DNA from: Candidatus Latescibacterota bacterium
Lineage (GTDB): Bacteria; Latescibacterota; UBA2968; UBA8231
Direction: 5' to 3'
Assembly (NCBI GenBank): GCA_965215195.1
Contig: CBDCDC010000002.1
Span: 800,001-864,000, forward strand
DNA: 64,000 bases
The position numbers and the translations under genes were made by a program. Below, one piece after another: positions 11,699 to 20,988 of the stretch. The notes under the pieces were generated by a model, which saw nothing but the letters and a program-made list of their open reading frames with translations, made no database searches and was not told the DNA's origin. The number at the start of each line of letters is the position of its first letter. Position 1 is the first letter of the stretch.

Positions 11699-12000
11699 CC
11701 GAAGACAAAACCACCCTCAGCGCCGCCGAAGTAGATGCCGAATTGCAAACGCTCGCAGGCTGGAGCCGCGACGGCATCATCATCTCGCGCGACTTCGTCT
11801 TTGCCAACTTCAAGGACATCACCTCGTTCCTCAACCACCTGACCCGCACCATCACCGAGCAGAATCACCACCCGGACTTCTCCTTGGACACCGGCAAGCG
11901 CACCATCGCCGTCTCGGTAACAACCCACAGCGAAGGAGCCGTCACCCGCTCGGATATCCTCTTCGCCCGCACGCTCAACGAGTGGCAGCCGGGGAGCTGA
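11695..12000 (+). CDS. Pterin-4-alpha-carbinolamine dehydratase
   Basis: QNHHPD and TTHSEGAVT--D motifs; ATGA overlap with the upstream gene. Confidence 0.9.
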   Translation: MTEDKTTLSAAEVDAELQTLAGWSRDGIIISRDFVFANFKDITSFLNHLTRTITEQNHHPDFSLDTGKRTIAVSVTTHSEGAVTRSDILFARTLNEWQPGS

Positions 12001-12065
12001 ATGACCCAAACGGAAGAACCTTCGCACTGATGCAGGACGTGAACCCGTGCGGCAATGGGCTGGAT

Positions 12066-12863
12066 TCAAAGTACATAGGCGAGACTGATTCCCACGAGGA
12101 GGGATGCGATGAGCTTGCCGCGATCGTGGCTGTGGAAATGGATCTCCGGTAACAGGTCGCTCAAGGCAATGCACAAGAACGCGCCCGCCGCAAAGGACAG
12201 CACATAGCCGATCACGGTCCCTTCTTCCGGGCCAAGCAATTCCACCCCCCCAAAGCTCGCCAGCGCCACGACCGGGCACAGCATGGCAAAGCCGACATTG
12301 GTCAATGTCCGGGCGCGCTGGCTGTGCCCGGCGTACTTCATCATGCTGACAATGGAGTACGCATCAAGCGGCTTGTGCAGCAGAATGACGAGGAATACCC
12401 CTAGGCCCGCCAAGGCGACTCCGTCTTCATACGGCGATTCCAACCTCATGCTGGTACCCAACGCGATCCCTTCGGTCGCGGTATGTACCCCTAGGCCGAG
12501 GGCCACGCCGAACAAACTCGGCGAATGGACGACACCGTGGTCGTCATACAGATCGCTCGCCTCGCGGCTGAAGTCGTGCTGGTGAAAGTGAAAGATATGC
12601 TGTAAGAGAATCATCAACACCATGCCTAACACCATCCATCCCACGGCTTTTTCTATGGCGCTAGGTCCAGGAATGTGATCGAGGCTATCGGGTAGCAGGT
12701 GAAACATGGCGATGCCGAGGATGAAGCCGGCTACGAGACTCATCACGACCTGAGTGCGCGTATGCGTCATGGTGCCCAAGGCCGCCAATTTGCCGCCGAG
12801 CAGGGAAGCGGCAAAGATGGCGGCTGAGTAGGCCGACAAAACCAGTAGAGCGTTTGCATCCAT
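12066..12863 (-). CDS. ZIP-family metal transporter, copy 1 (C-terminal tail shortened)
   Basis: HTATEGIALG, ILLHKPLD, SDLLPE, His-rich loop HFHQH. Confidence 0.9.
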   Translation of the reverse strand: MDANALLVLSAYSAAIFAASLLGGKLAALGTMTHTRTQVVMSLVAGFILGIAMFHLLPDSLDHIPGPSAIEKAVGWMVLGMVLMILLQHIFHFHQHDFSREASDLYDDHGVVHSPSLFGVALGLGVHTATEGIALGTSMRLESPYEDGVALAGLGVFLVILLHKPLDAYSIVSMMKYAGHSQRARTLTNVGFAMLCPVVALASFGGVELLGPEEGTVIGYVLSFAAGAFLCIALSDLLPEIHFHSHDRGKLIASLLVGISLAYVL

Positions 12864-12879
12864 GACGACTATACTTTGT

Positions 12880-13920
12880 TCATCCTATCCGCCAAACCGT
12901 CGCGCCACCCCGCGCGTCGAGCGCGGCAAGCGCGCGCCCGTCAGGCCGCCAGTACAATTCGGCCACTGCGTCCGCCACAACCGCGGCCCCTATCGGATCG
13001 CCTTCTCCATCTCGCTGAAGCGACCACACAACCACAGCACCATCGCGGCCTCCCGATGCCAAGCGCATCGCGCCGGGAGCGAAGGAAAGCGTCGTGACGG
13101 GTTGAACATGAAACTCTAGAACGCCGGGCCGCGTACCTTCGGGACCCCCTCTCTGGAAGCTCCAGACCGTCACCGCCTCCCCTCCGCCAGTGGCCAAAAG
13201 GGTGCCGGTGTCATCGAAAGCCAAGGCCGACGGCTTGGCAGGATATCCGGACATCATGGAGTCCTCCTGCGTGGAACGACGCCAGAAGTGTACCGAGTTG
13301 TCTTGGCTGCCGCAGGCCACGATATCCCTGTTCGGGCTCAGTGCCATCGACACCAAGGATCCCTGCCACTCCAGCTTCTGGCGAAGCTCGCCGGTGGGCG
13401 CGTCGAAGAACGTCACTCGACCGTAACAGGCCGTCGCCAGCTCCCCTACGCTCGACCAAGCGATCGCGCTGACGGTGCTGGGATGATCATCAGATCGCCA
13501 AACCTCCGCGCCGTCCGCGCCATACGCGCGAACCTGCCGGGAGCAGGAGGCCGCCAACCATTGGCCGTCCGGCGACCACGCCACGTTTTCTACCCAACCG
13601 CTTCCGACGTCGATAGCCCGGCTTACCTGACCTTCGGCGGCACTCCAGATTAAGACTCGGCTGTCCTGGCCGGCCGTAGCGAACGCGGTTCCGCTTGGGT
13701 GGATCGCCACCGCGAGCACACCACCTTCATGAACCCCGCGCCGCTCCCAGGCGGTCGCGCCAGACTTGCCGTCGAATGCGTAGACGCCACCCGCAGCATC
13801 ACCGACCATCAGCACCTCACCGCGTAGGCTCCAACCCCCGGCGATGGCGTAGTCGCCAACCGCCGCAGACCAGCCCCGGCGAAGATCGCCCCTCGGGCTA
13901 CCGACATTCAAATCAGACAT
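12880..13920 (-). CDS. WD40-repeat protein
   Basis: Repeated 'ATAGQD--V-IW', 'AWSPDG' and 'ASGGRDG-V-VW' units. Confidence 0.9.
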   Translation of the reverse strand: MSDLNVGSPRGDLRRGWSAAVGDYAIAGGWSLRGEVLMVGDAAGGVYAFDGKSGATAWERRGVHEGGVLAVAIHPSGTAFATAGQDSRVLIWSAAEGQVSRAIDVGSGWVENVAWSPDGQWLAASCSRQVRAYGADGAEVWRSDDHPSTVSAIAWSSVGELATACYGRVTFFDAPTGELRQKLEWQGSLVSMALSPNRDIVACGSQDNSVHFWRRSTQEDSMMSGYPAKPSALAFDDTGTLLATGGGEAVTVWSFQRGGPEGTRPGVLEFHVQPVTTLSFAPGAMRLASGGRDGAVVVWSLQRDGEGDPIGAAVVADAVAELYWRPDGRALAALDARGGATVWRIG

Positions 13921-15311
13921 GCTTCGAACTCCTGCCGCATGCTCTGCTCATCGAGGTTGCGGCCGATGAAGACGAGCTGATTGTGGCGGGGCGCGTCCCC
14001 CCATTCGCGATCCGGCTGGCCGTCAAAGAGCATGTGAACCCCCTGGAAGACGAAGCGATGCGACTCACCTGCGAGGCTGATGAAGCCCTTCATTCGGAAG
14101 ATGTCCACCCCGCGCTCACCAAGCAGTTTGCCAAGCCAAGCGTTGAGCCTGACGAGATCGACGTCGCCGTCCCTCTCGATCGCGATTGAGCCCACCTCGT
14201 CGTCGTGCTCGTGCTGTGCGACCCAGGTTCGCTCGACCTCGACGGGAACCACCGCTCCCTTGATGCGCAGGGCGCCGGTCTCTGTGGAGGCAAGATTGGA
14301 GCGCGGACTGTCTCCATCCGCGTTCGTCAGTTGGAGATCGAACTCCTCCGCGAGGTGCTGGGCGTAGAGGCCAACCCGCACCTGCGTATCGACCTCCAAG
14401 AAGAACGACTTGCGCCCTCGGGAATCGAGCCGGAGGTTCACATGCTTTCCGACCGGAATATCTTCCCCCGGGCGAATGAGCTCCGCAGGTTCGGCGTACC
14501 GCCGCACACACCACTCCGCACCCTCGCGGAGGGCAGCGTCATCTATGCCTTGGTCGGACACGACGACGAGCGACATCGCCGGGTCCGGTCCATCAGCGAG
14601 GCTGAGTTCGTAGCGGCCCATAGCGAGCGAATAGACTCCAGTCCATTCGAACGGATACTCCGGCTCGAGGAAGGTGGGGCGACGCTCGAGCGCCTGGTCC
14701 AAGTTGAAGGCACCGAGGTTGAGTACTGTGTCGACGGAGACATGCGCCCGCTCGCTGCGCACGACTCGCGCCATTCGGTTCATGTCTCGGAGCCGAGCTT
14801 CGAGCCTGTCGAGCACCTCGCCATTGACGAGGTCCGTCTTGTTGAGCACGAGAACATCTGCGAACGCGATTTGCTCCGTGCTTTCGTCGCTTCGGCCGAG
14901 CTGCTGCTCAATGTGGGCTGCATCGACGAGCGTGACGATTCCGTCAAGCGAGAACTCCGCGCGAATCTCGTCGTCCATGAAGAAGGTCTGAGCGACCGGA
15001 CCGGGATCGGCGAGCCCTGTGGTCTCCACCAACACATAGTCGAACTTGTCGCGGCGCTTCATGAGATTGCCGAGCACGCGAATCAGGTCTCCGCGCACCG
15101 TGCAGCAGATGCAGCCGTTCGACATCTCAAAGATCTCCTCGTCAGCGTTGATGACGAGCGCCTGATCGATGCCGACTTCCCCATACTCGTTTTCAATCAC
15201 GGCAATGCGCTTGCCGTGCTCCTCACTCAAAATCCGGTTGAGTAGGGTCGTCTTGCCAGAGCCGAGGAAGCCGGTGAGGATGGTAACAGGTACTTTTCGC
15301 GGCGTATTCAT
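13908..15311 (-). CDS. COG0523 (CobW/YciC/ZigA) G3E GTPase metallochaperone
   Basis: TGFLGSGKTT, NGCICC (CxCC), ETTGLADP, NKTD, C-terminal CobW_C 'FRMKG...FQGVH...LVFIG'. Confidence 0.95.
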   Translation of the reverse strand: MNTPRKVPVTILTGFLGSGKTTLLNRILSEEHGKRIAVIENEYGEVGIDQALVINADEEIFEMSNGCICCTVRGDLIRVLGNLMKRRDKFDYVLVETTGLADPGPVAQTFFMDDEIRAEFSLDGIVTLVDAAHIEQQLGRSDESTEQIAFADVLVLNKTDLVNGEVLDRLEARLRDMNRMARVVRSERAHVSVDTVLNLGAFNLDQALERRPTFLEPEYPFEWTGVYSLAMGRYELSLADGPDPAMSLVVVSDQGIDDAALREGAEWCVRRYAEPAELIRPGEDIPVGKHVNLRLDSRGRKSFFLEVDTQVRVGLYAQHLAEEFDLQLTNADGDSPRSNLASTETGALRIKGAVVPVEVERTWVAQHEHDDEVGSIAIERDGDVDLVRLNAWLGKLLGERGVDIFRMKGFISLAGESHRFVFQGVHMLFDGQPDREWGDAPRHNQLVFIGRNLDEQSMRQEFEACLI

Positions 15312-15338
15312 CTAATTCTCCTTTAACGTGAGTTCGAG

Positions 15339-16574
15339 TTAAGACTTGCCACTGCTGAGGTCCCGATCGCCCATGCTGGACCGGAAGCGAAGATTGAGTA
15401 GCATATCCTCGTAGCCACGGCGCAGGGCACCGGCGCGGAAGCGCCAGACGATCAGGGCGATGAGGAGCAAAGCACTGCCCCATTGCAGGAGTTGAACGGC
15501 TGGCGTATGGGAGGCGTCGAGGTTCACGGAAATTGCCAGACCAACGGCTAGCAGCAGCGCATCGATGGCGATGCCGAGAACGACTGTAACCGCGATGACT
15601 GCGGCGACGTAGATGGATGCAAAGCGGGAGCCGAAGCGGCTGACGATGATCGCGATGGTGCCCGTGTTGGTAGCCGGTCCAGTCATCAGAAAAATCAGTG
15701 CCGCGCCGGGGCTGACTCCATTGGCAACTAGCGCGGCGGCGATTGGAGTACTGGCGGATGCGCAGATGTAGAGAGGGATGCCGATCAGCACCATGACCGG
15801 ATAGGACAGATAGCGGGCGTACTCGTGCGCCATCAGATCGCTCGGAAGCGCCAGAAAGAGCACGCCGCCCAGCACGACCCCCACCAGCAGCGCAAAGAGA
15901 ATGTCGTCGGCTATCTCAATGAAGCCATGGCGAAAGACGTGCCTGACCAGCTTTTTGAAGTCAAGCTCTTGATTGTCGGTGGGGACTTCTGCGGTGGATT
16001 GTCGGCCAGCGATTCCCTTCAACCAGTTGACCAGTTGCGAAGGGCTGACATAGCAATCATCCCTGTCGGCTATGAGGGATTGGTGATGATCGTGGCTACA
16101 TTCATGGTAGTGATCGTGGTCGCTTGCCTCGGCTTCATCTCGGTCGTCTCTTATCAGTCTGATGCAAAAAAGCCCGGCGACGACCGCGGTGATGAAGCTG
16201 ATGACGGGCCGCACAATGGCAACGATGGGTCCGAAAAAGGCGTTGGTGACTAAGATCGAATCCGCACCCGTCTCCGGCGCGGTGATCAAGAAAGACATGC
16301 AGGACGAACGGGACGCGCCCTTATTGCGCATCTCAGCGACTACCGGCACGACCGAGCAACTGCACAGGGGCACGGGTACGCCAATAGCCGAACTCATGGT
16401 CACGGATTTTAGGCTGTCGTCGCGGAGCCAGCGGAGAATGGCCTGACGGGAGATAAACACATGAATCAGGCCGGAGAGGAACAGCCCCAGCAGCAGCATG
16501 GGGGCTAGCAGTAAAAAGGAAGCCCAGAGGAAGGCAAAAAAACTGGTTAATATCCCAAGAAAATCAAAGGTCAT
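15339..16574 (-). CDS. Metal permease (ArsP_1/SO_0444-like), copy 1
   Basis: PLCSCSVVP, YICASASTP, GPATN, His-rich central loop. Confidence 0.9.
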   Translation of the reverse strand: MTFDFLGILTSFFAFLWASFLLLAPMLLLGLFLSGLIHVFISRQAILRWLRDDSLKSVTMSSAIGVPVPLCSCSVVPVVAEMRNKGASRSSCMSFLITAPETGADSILVTNAFFGPIVAIVRPVISFITAVVAGLFCIRLIRDDRDEAEASDHDHYHECSHDHHQSLIADRDDCYVSPSQLVNWLKGIAGRQSTAEVPTDNQELDFKKLVRHVFRHGFIEIADDILFALLVGVVLGGVLFLALPSDLMAHEYARYLSYPVMVLIGIPLYICASASTPIAAALVANGVSPGAALIFLMTGPATNTGTIAIIVSRFGSRFASIYVAAVIAVTVVLGIAIDALLLAVGLAISVNLDASHTPAVQLLQWGSALLLIALIVWRFRAGALRRGYEDMLLNLRFRSSMGDRDLSSGKS

Positions 16575-16617
16575 TCTGTGCAATCCCATCGTCCGGTGAG
16601 TAAATTCAGACGAATTC

Positions 16618-18855
16618 TTAGAAGAATATCTTGTGCAGCAGGCGCAGATTGCGGCCTGGCTCGGGCAGGATCTCTTTGACGCGGTTGAGGTGATTGCGGT
16701 ACACCGCGTCGGTAGCGTTTTCCAAGGTCAAGGAGAAGGTGTGCAGACGTCCCCCCCACTGCGCGTAGTACTGGCTCGAAAGATCCAGCACTGCGTAGCC
16801 TTCCGTAGGCTCTTCAAACTCACCGACCTGGTCCTGTTCCGCAGCCAAGCGCACGTCAATGGTCGCACTCAGCGCCTCGGTGGGTTCGCAGGTCAGGCTC
16901 AGGTGCCCTTGCAGGGGCGGCAGACGCGGCAGGGGTTCGCGGTTGCGGTCAGCGAGGTGGCCGCGCACATAGCTGAGGGAGCCAGCCGTTTTCCAGTGCT
17001 TTGCCACGTGCCAATCGAAGGTGGCTTCGGCACCGTGCATGAGGACGCGCTCCCCCACAGTCTGGTAGAGAAAGAGATCGGCGCGGCGCAAGCTGCGCTC
17101 GCCGCTGTTCTTGGGGAAAATGTACCCGTCAATGGCGTTGCGGAAGATGGCCAAGTGCAGATGGCCTTCTTCGCGGTGATAGTCGGCAAACAGCTCCAAC
17201 CCCAAGCCGCGCTCGCTGTCGAGAGCACCATTGCCCACCTCGTACGCATAGGCGGCCAAATGCGGTCCTTCGGAGAACAGCTCTTCAATGCCGGGAGCGC
17301 GAAAAGTGCGCATCAAGGTCGTGCCCAACGTCAAAGTCGAACTGGCGCGATAGTGATTGGACAAACCGGCAGACATCCCGGCAAAATCGCGCGTCTGGAT
17401 GCTGCCGACCCGGCGCGAATAGCGCTCCTCGCGTGGCTCGACGCGGCGGGCGTCAACGCGCAGGGCCGCATTGGCTGCCCAAGGCCCATGCTGCCACTCT
17501 TGGTACGCGAACAAAGCACCGGCATATTCCTCGGCCGGCGGCGTATAGTTGAGCCCGGCCGCGGCATAGTTGCGGTACTCGTACCACAGACCAACCGCGC
17601 CGTTTTCAAAAGGCCCCATGCGATCCAAGTGAGCTAGCGCACCGCTGTTGTGCGTGAGCACACCGAACTCCAGCCCCAAGGCACCGCTAGCTTCGAATTC
17701 GCCGTGCTGATAGCGCGAAAACGAGTGGTGCAATTCTAGGCGCTGGAGCCAGTCCGGCCCGGTGACAATTTCGCCACGCCCTTCGAGGTGCTGGCGCTGG
17801 AGATCAATGGATATGCCGTGCGGGTGGCCGCCCTGCGGATCGGGGGGAATGCCGTAGTCGGAGTTGTACAAGCTACCGGACGCGCCCACGTGCCCCCAAG
17901 GACGCACCAGACTCAGGCCGACCGAAGCATTGCCGGTGCGGATATCCGTATTGGCGAGTACCCCACGCGGCGTGGCAATATCGTCGGCATTGCGCAGACT
18001 GCTGTCGAAGCGCAGGGCCAGTGGGCCGAGCGGCTGTTCAAGAGTCAGGCCGCCGGACAAACCGCGATTGACGCTCTCCCCCTGATACGTCACAGATCCC
18101 CCCAAGTCGTCGGGCCGCTCGGAGGGCACGTACCCGCGCACCACGTTGACGACCCCGGCTAAAGCATTAGAGCCGTAGAGCAAGGTGTGGGGGCCGCGCA
18201 CGACCTCGATGCGCTCGGTGGTCATCGGCTCGATAGCCACGGCATGGTCTGAGGAAGTGCCGGACAAATCGCCGGTGCGCTCGCCGTCTTCGACCATCAG
18301 CAAGCGGTCGCCACCCAGCCCGCGCAGCACCGGACGCGCCGGCGCGGGCCCCATCGAACGCTGAGCAATGCCCGGCTCGTAGGCGATGGTCTCGGCGATG
18401 GTGCGGCTCAAGTTCTGCCGCAGCTTGCTACCGCTGAAGACAATTTCGGGTGCTTGGAGTGGGGAAACAGGGCTCCTGTGTTCGCCTTCGATGAGAATCG
18501 CCTCTACGTGCAGGGACTCGTGGCCGATAACCAGATCGACGTGGGTGGTATCCCCGGCCACGACCTCGACCTCAAAGCGGGCCTCGCGGTAGCCGACGTG
18601 TAGGCTTTGCAAGACGTGCGCACCAGAGGGTACGTTGGCGAAAAAGAAGTACCCCTCGGCATCGCTCATCCGCGCCCGTTCGAGCCCCTCGATGACGACG
18701 GTAGTCCAAGCGACGGATTGGCCGCTTTCGGCGTCGATCACATGACCGGCTAGCGAACCGGTCTGGTCGCCCCAAGCGGAACTTACTGCTAGGCCGAGTA
18801 CAGGGGCGAACCTCAAAAGCAGCCGGGACCAGATTCTACGGCTTGCGTTTTTCAT
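16618..18855 (-). CDS. TonB-dependent receptor (ZnuD-like) with an N-terminal CarboxypepD-like domain
   Basis: Signal peptide from MKNAS; plug 'RPVLRG', DHAV, 'RIEVVRGP-TLLYG'; ELFSEGPH; PGRN...F terminus. Confidence 0.92.
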   Translation of the reverse strand: MKNASRRIWSRLLLRFAPVLGLAVSSAWGDQTGSLAGHVIDAESGQSVAWTTVVIEGLERARMSDAEGYFFFANVPSGAHVLQSLHVGYREARFEVEVVAGDTTHVDLVIGHESLHVEAILIEGEHRSPVSPLQAPEIVFSGSKLRQNLSRTIAETIAYEPGIAQRSMGPAPARPVLRGLGGDRLLMVEDGERTGDLSGTSSDHAVAIEPMTTERIEVVRGPHTLLYGSNALAGVVNVVRGYVPSERPDDLGGSVTYQGESVNRGLSGGLTLEQPLGPLALRFDSSLRNADDIATPRGVLANTDIRTGNASVGLSLVRPWGHVGASGSLYNSDYGIPPDPQGGHPHGISIDLQRQHLEGRGEIVTGPDWLQRLELHHSFSRYQHGEFEASGALGLEFGVLTHNSGALAHLDRMGPFENGAVGLWYEYRNYAAAGLNYTPPAEEYAGALFAYQEWQHGPWAANAALRVDARRVEPREERYSRRVGSIQTRDFAGMSAGLSNHYRASSTLTLGTTLMRTFRAPGIEELFSEGPHLAAYAYEVGNGALDSERGLGLELFADYHREEGHLHLAIFRNAIDGYIFPKNSGERSLRRADLFLYQTVGERVLMHGAEATFDWHVAKHWKTAGSLSYVRGHLADRNREPLPRLPPLQGHLSLTCEPTEALSATIDVRLAAEQDQVGEFEEPTEGYAVLDLSSQYYAQWGGRLHTFSLTLENATDAVYRNHLNRVKEILPEPGRNLRLLHKIFF

Positions 18856-18958
18856 TTGTCGGCTATCCAATTGACCTTGACATAAGTACACGGGACCGGA
18901 GTTTGCGTCCGCTCTCGCGTCGCTTTTACCTATGAAGGCCGCAGCAGCTCTAACCATT

Positions 18959-19465
18959 TTACCCCTCCTCGTCGTGCTCGTCGTGTTCCTCACCGGGTCC
19001 GTCCTCGCTGACGTGAATCTCAATCTCCGGCGAGACGAAATCGGCGTGGCCTTCGTGGTTGACCTTGAGGCGGATGGTAGTCGCGCCTTCCTCTAAGCCG
19101 AGGATGTGAAAAGCCCAAGCCCCGTCCTCGGCGTGATGCTCAACTTCGGCGATGCTCTCGTCGGCAATTTCCCAACCGAGGGAGAAATCATCGGCTTCGT
19201 CTGGGGTGAAGAGATCGCCGTCTTCGGCGATAAAGCGCACGGAAAGCAGCGCGGTTTCCTTGCCGTGACCGACTTCAATTTCGCCGGTCACTTGGCCGCT
19301 TTCAACCCGGACGATTTCAGCGCCGCTATCGCGCACGATCAGACCGACAGCCTCGGCGTGTTCATCATGGTGGTCAGGATCGACGGGATTATCGTCGTCG
19401 CCGCAGCTAGCCATAAAGAGGGCTAAGGCGAAAATGCTCAACGCAGACATACTTCTTTTCAGCAT
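18959..19465 (-). CDS. His/acidic-rich lipoprotein, copy A (putative metal binding)
   Basis: Lipobox FMASC; DHHDEHAEA, HEGHADF, EEHDEH. Confidence 0.85.
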   Translation of the reverse strand: MLKRSMSALSIFALALFMASCGDDDNPVDPDHHDEHAEAVGLIVRDSGAEIVRVESGQVTGEIEVGHGKETALLSVRFIAEDGDLFTPDEADDFSLGWEIADESIAEVEHHAEDGAWAFHILGLEEGATTIRLKVNHEGHADFVSPEIEIHVSEDGPGEEHDEHDEEG

Positions 19466-19579
19466 GGTGCTAGTCTCCAATGGTTTGACCGTCCACGCGC
19501 ATTTCACCTAAGGCGTTGTGCGCAGAACGGGAATTTAATGGTACGCGAATTGGATCTGGAGAGAGGCACCCACGCACTA

Positions 19580-19733
19580 AGAGGCGGTCTGAAAACGCAC
19601 GTCAGGCCGTTAGGGCCTAGGAGGGAGGGCGTCTCGCCCTCCACCCTGCGAGGGCAAGAGGCCCTCGCACCCAAGCTATGGGCCACACGAGGGGTTTGTC
19701 ACGCCTAAAGGCGCGGTGAAGCAGACCGCTTCT
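19580..19733 (-). promoter_or_regulatory. Multi-hairpin structured leader between the RGPP ORF and lipoprotein, copy A
   Basis: Four hairpins (AGGCC/GGCCT, GGAGGGCG/CGCCCTCC, TGCGAGGGC/GCCCTCGCA, CCCA/TGGG) enclosed by AGAGGCGGTCTG/CAGACCGCTTCT; + strand text. Confidence 0.6.
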
Positions 19734-19758
19734 AAGGCAGTTTACCAGCGTGGATGCA

Positions 19759-20073
19759 CTAGCACCGGGGCGGGCCGCGGTTGAGATGGGTAAAGCGAGG
19801 GGTAAAAAGGAGTAACGGTACTGTGCGCAGAGTGGACGGATTTGGCTCTGAGGCATTCAGCACCACGAGCGCGAGCGCCAAGCCCCAAAAAAGGAGCGAT
19901 AGGCTGCTCTGCAACAGGCAAGCTGGGCAGTTCTCAGGCTCGACGTGGCTCTCGTGGCAAAGCTGGTGGCCGAAGGGTAAGCCGCAGCTTACAGCCGCAA
20001 AGAGCACGGTCAGCACCAGCAGAGCCAGCGAGGACGCCGAGCCTATCGAGATGTCCGTTTTGCGCGTTAGCAT
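19759..20073 (-). CDS. DUF2946/CruR-like small membrane protein with His/Cys cluster and C-terminal RGPP, copy A
   Basis: Hydrophobic N-terminus, GHQLCHESH---ENCPAC, second hydrophobic stretch, HLNRGPPRC-stop. Confidence 0.75.
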   Translation of the reverse strand: MLTRKTDISIGSASSLALLVLTVLFAAVSCGLPFGHQLCHESHVEPENCPACLLQSSLSLLFWGLALALVVLNASEPNPSTLRTVPLLLFTPRFTHLNRGPPRC

Positions 20074-20159
20074 GGTCTTTGATTTTAGTGGTTTGGCAAA
20101 AAAACGCAACTTCAACCCCAGCAGGCTTGCCCTTTTTAAGCACTGTCCACTCAACGGGT

Positions 20160-20280
20160 TGGCCGCTTTCGGCGAGCACCAGTCTGGTCGCCCCAAGCGG
20201 GACCTGCTGCTAGGCCAAGTACGGACGCAAGCCTCCAAAGCAGCCGGGCCAGATTCTGCGGCTTGCGGCTTTTGTCTGTC
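20160..20280 (-). pseudogene. Degenerate remnant of the 5' end of the TonB-dependent receptor gene
   Basis: Aligns to 18720-18860 with indels; the start codon is lost. Confidence 0.75.
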
Positions 20281-20308
20281 GGCTATCCAATTGACCTTGA
20301 CATAAATG

Positions 20309-20339
20309 CGCGGGACCGGAGCTTGCGTCCGGTCCCGCG
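20309..20339. terminator. 12-bp perfect hairpin downstream of lipoprotein copy B
   Basis: CGCGGGACCGGA-N7-TCCGGTCCCGCG; U-tract is weak. Confidence 0.55.
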
Positions 20340-20368
20340 TCGCTTTTACCTAAGTGGGTCTAACCGCT

Positions 20369-20875
20369 TTACCCTTCTTCTTCGTGCTCGTCGTGTTCCT
20401 CACCGGGTCCGTCCTCGCTGACGTGAATCTCAATCTCCGGCGAGACGAAATCGGCGTGGCCTTCGTGGTCGATCTTGAGGCGGATGGTAGTCGCGCCTTC
20501 CTCTAAGCCGAGGATGTGAAAAGCCCAAGCCCCGTCCTCGGCGTGATGCTCAACTTCGGCGATGCTCTCGTCGGCAATTTCCCAACCGAGGGAGAAATCA
20601 TCGGCTTCGTCTGGGGTAAAGAGATCGCCGTCTTCGGCGATAAAGCGCACGGAAAGCAGCGCGGTTTCCTTGCCGTGACCGACTTCAATCTCGCCGGTCA
20701 CTTGGCCGCTTTCAACGCGGACGATTTCAGCGCCGCTATCGCGCACGATCAGGCCGACGGCCTCGGCGTGTTCATCATGGTGGTCAGGATCGACGGGATT
20801 ATCGTCGTCGCCGCAGCTAGCAACAAAGAGGGCCAAGGCGAAAATGCTCAACGCAGACATACTTCTTTTAAGCAT
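20369..20875 (-). CDS. His/acidic-rich lipoprotein, copy B
   Basis: Lipobox FVASC; differs from copy A at about 4 of 168 residues. Confidence 0.85.
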   Translation of the reverse strand: MLKRSMSALSIFALALFVASCGDDDNPVDPDHHDEHAEAVGLIVRDSGAEIVRVESGQVTGEIEVGHGKETALLSVRFIAEDGDLFTPDEADDFSLGWEIADESIAEVEHHAEDGAWAFHILGLEEGATTIRLKIDHEGHADFVSPEIEIHVSEDGPGEEHDEHEEEG

Positions 20876-20988
20876 GGTGCTAGTCTCCAATGGTTTGACC
20901 GTCCACGCGCACTGCGTTCACTAGGCGCACAGAACGGAGATTTAGTGGTACGAGAAATACGGATCTGGAGAGAGGCACCCACGCACTA

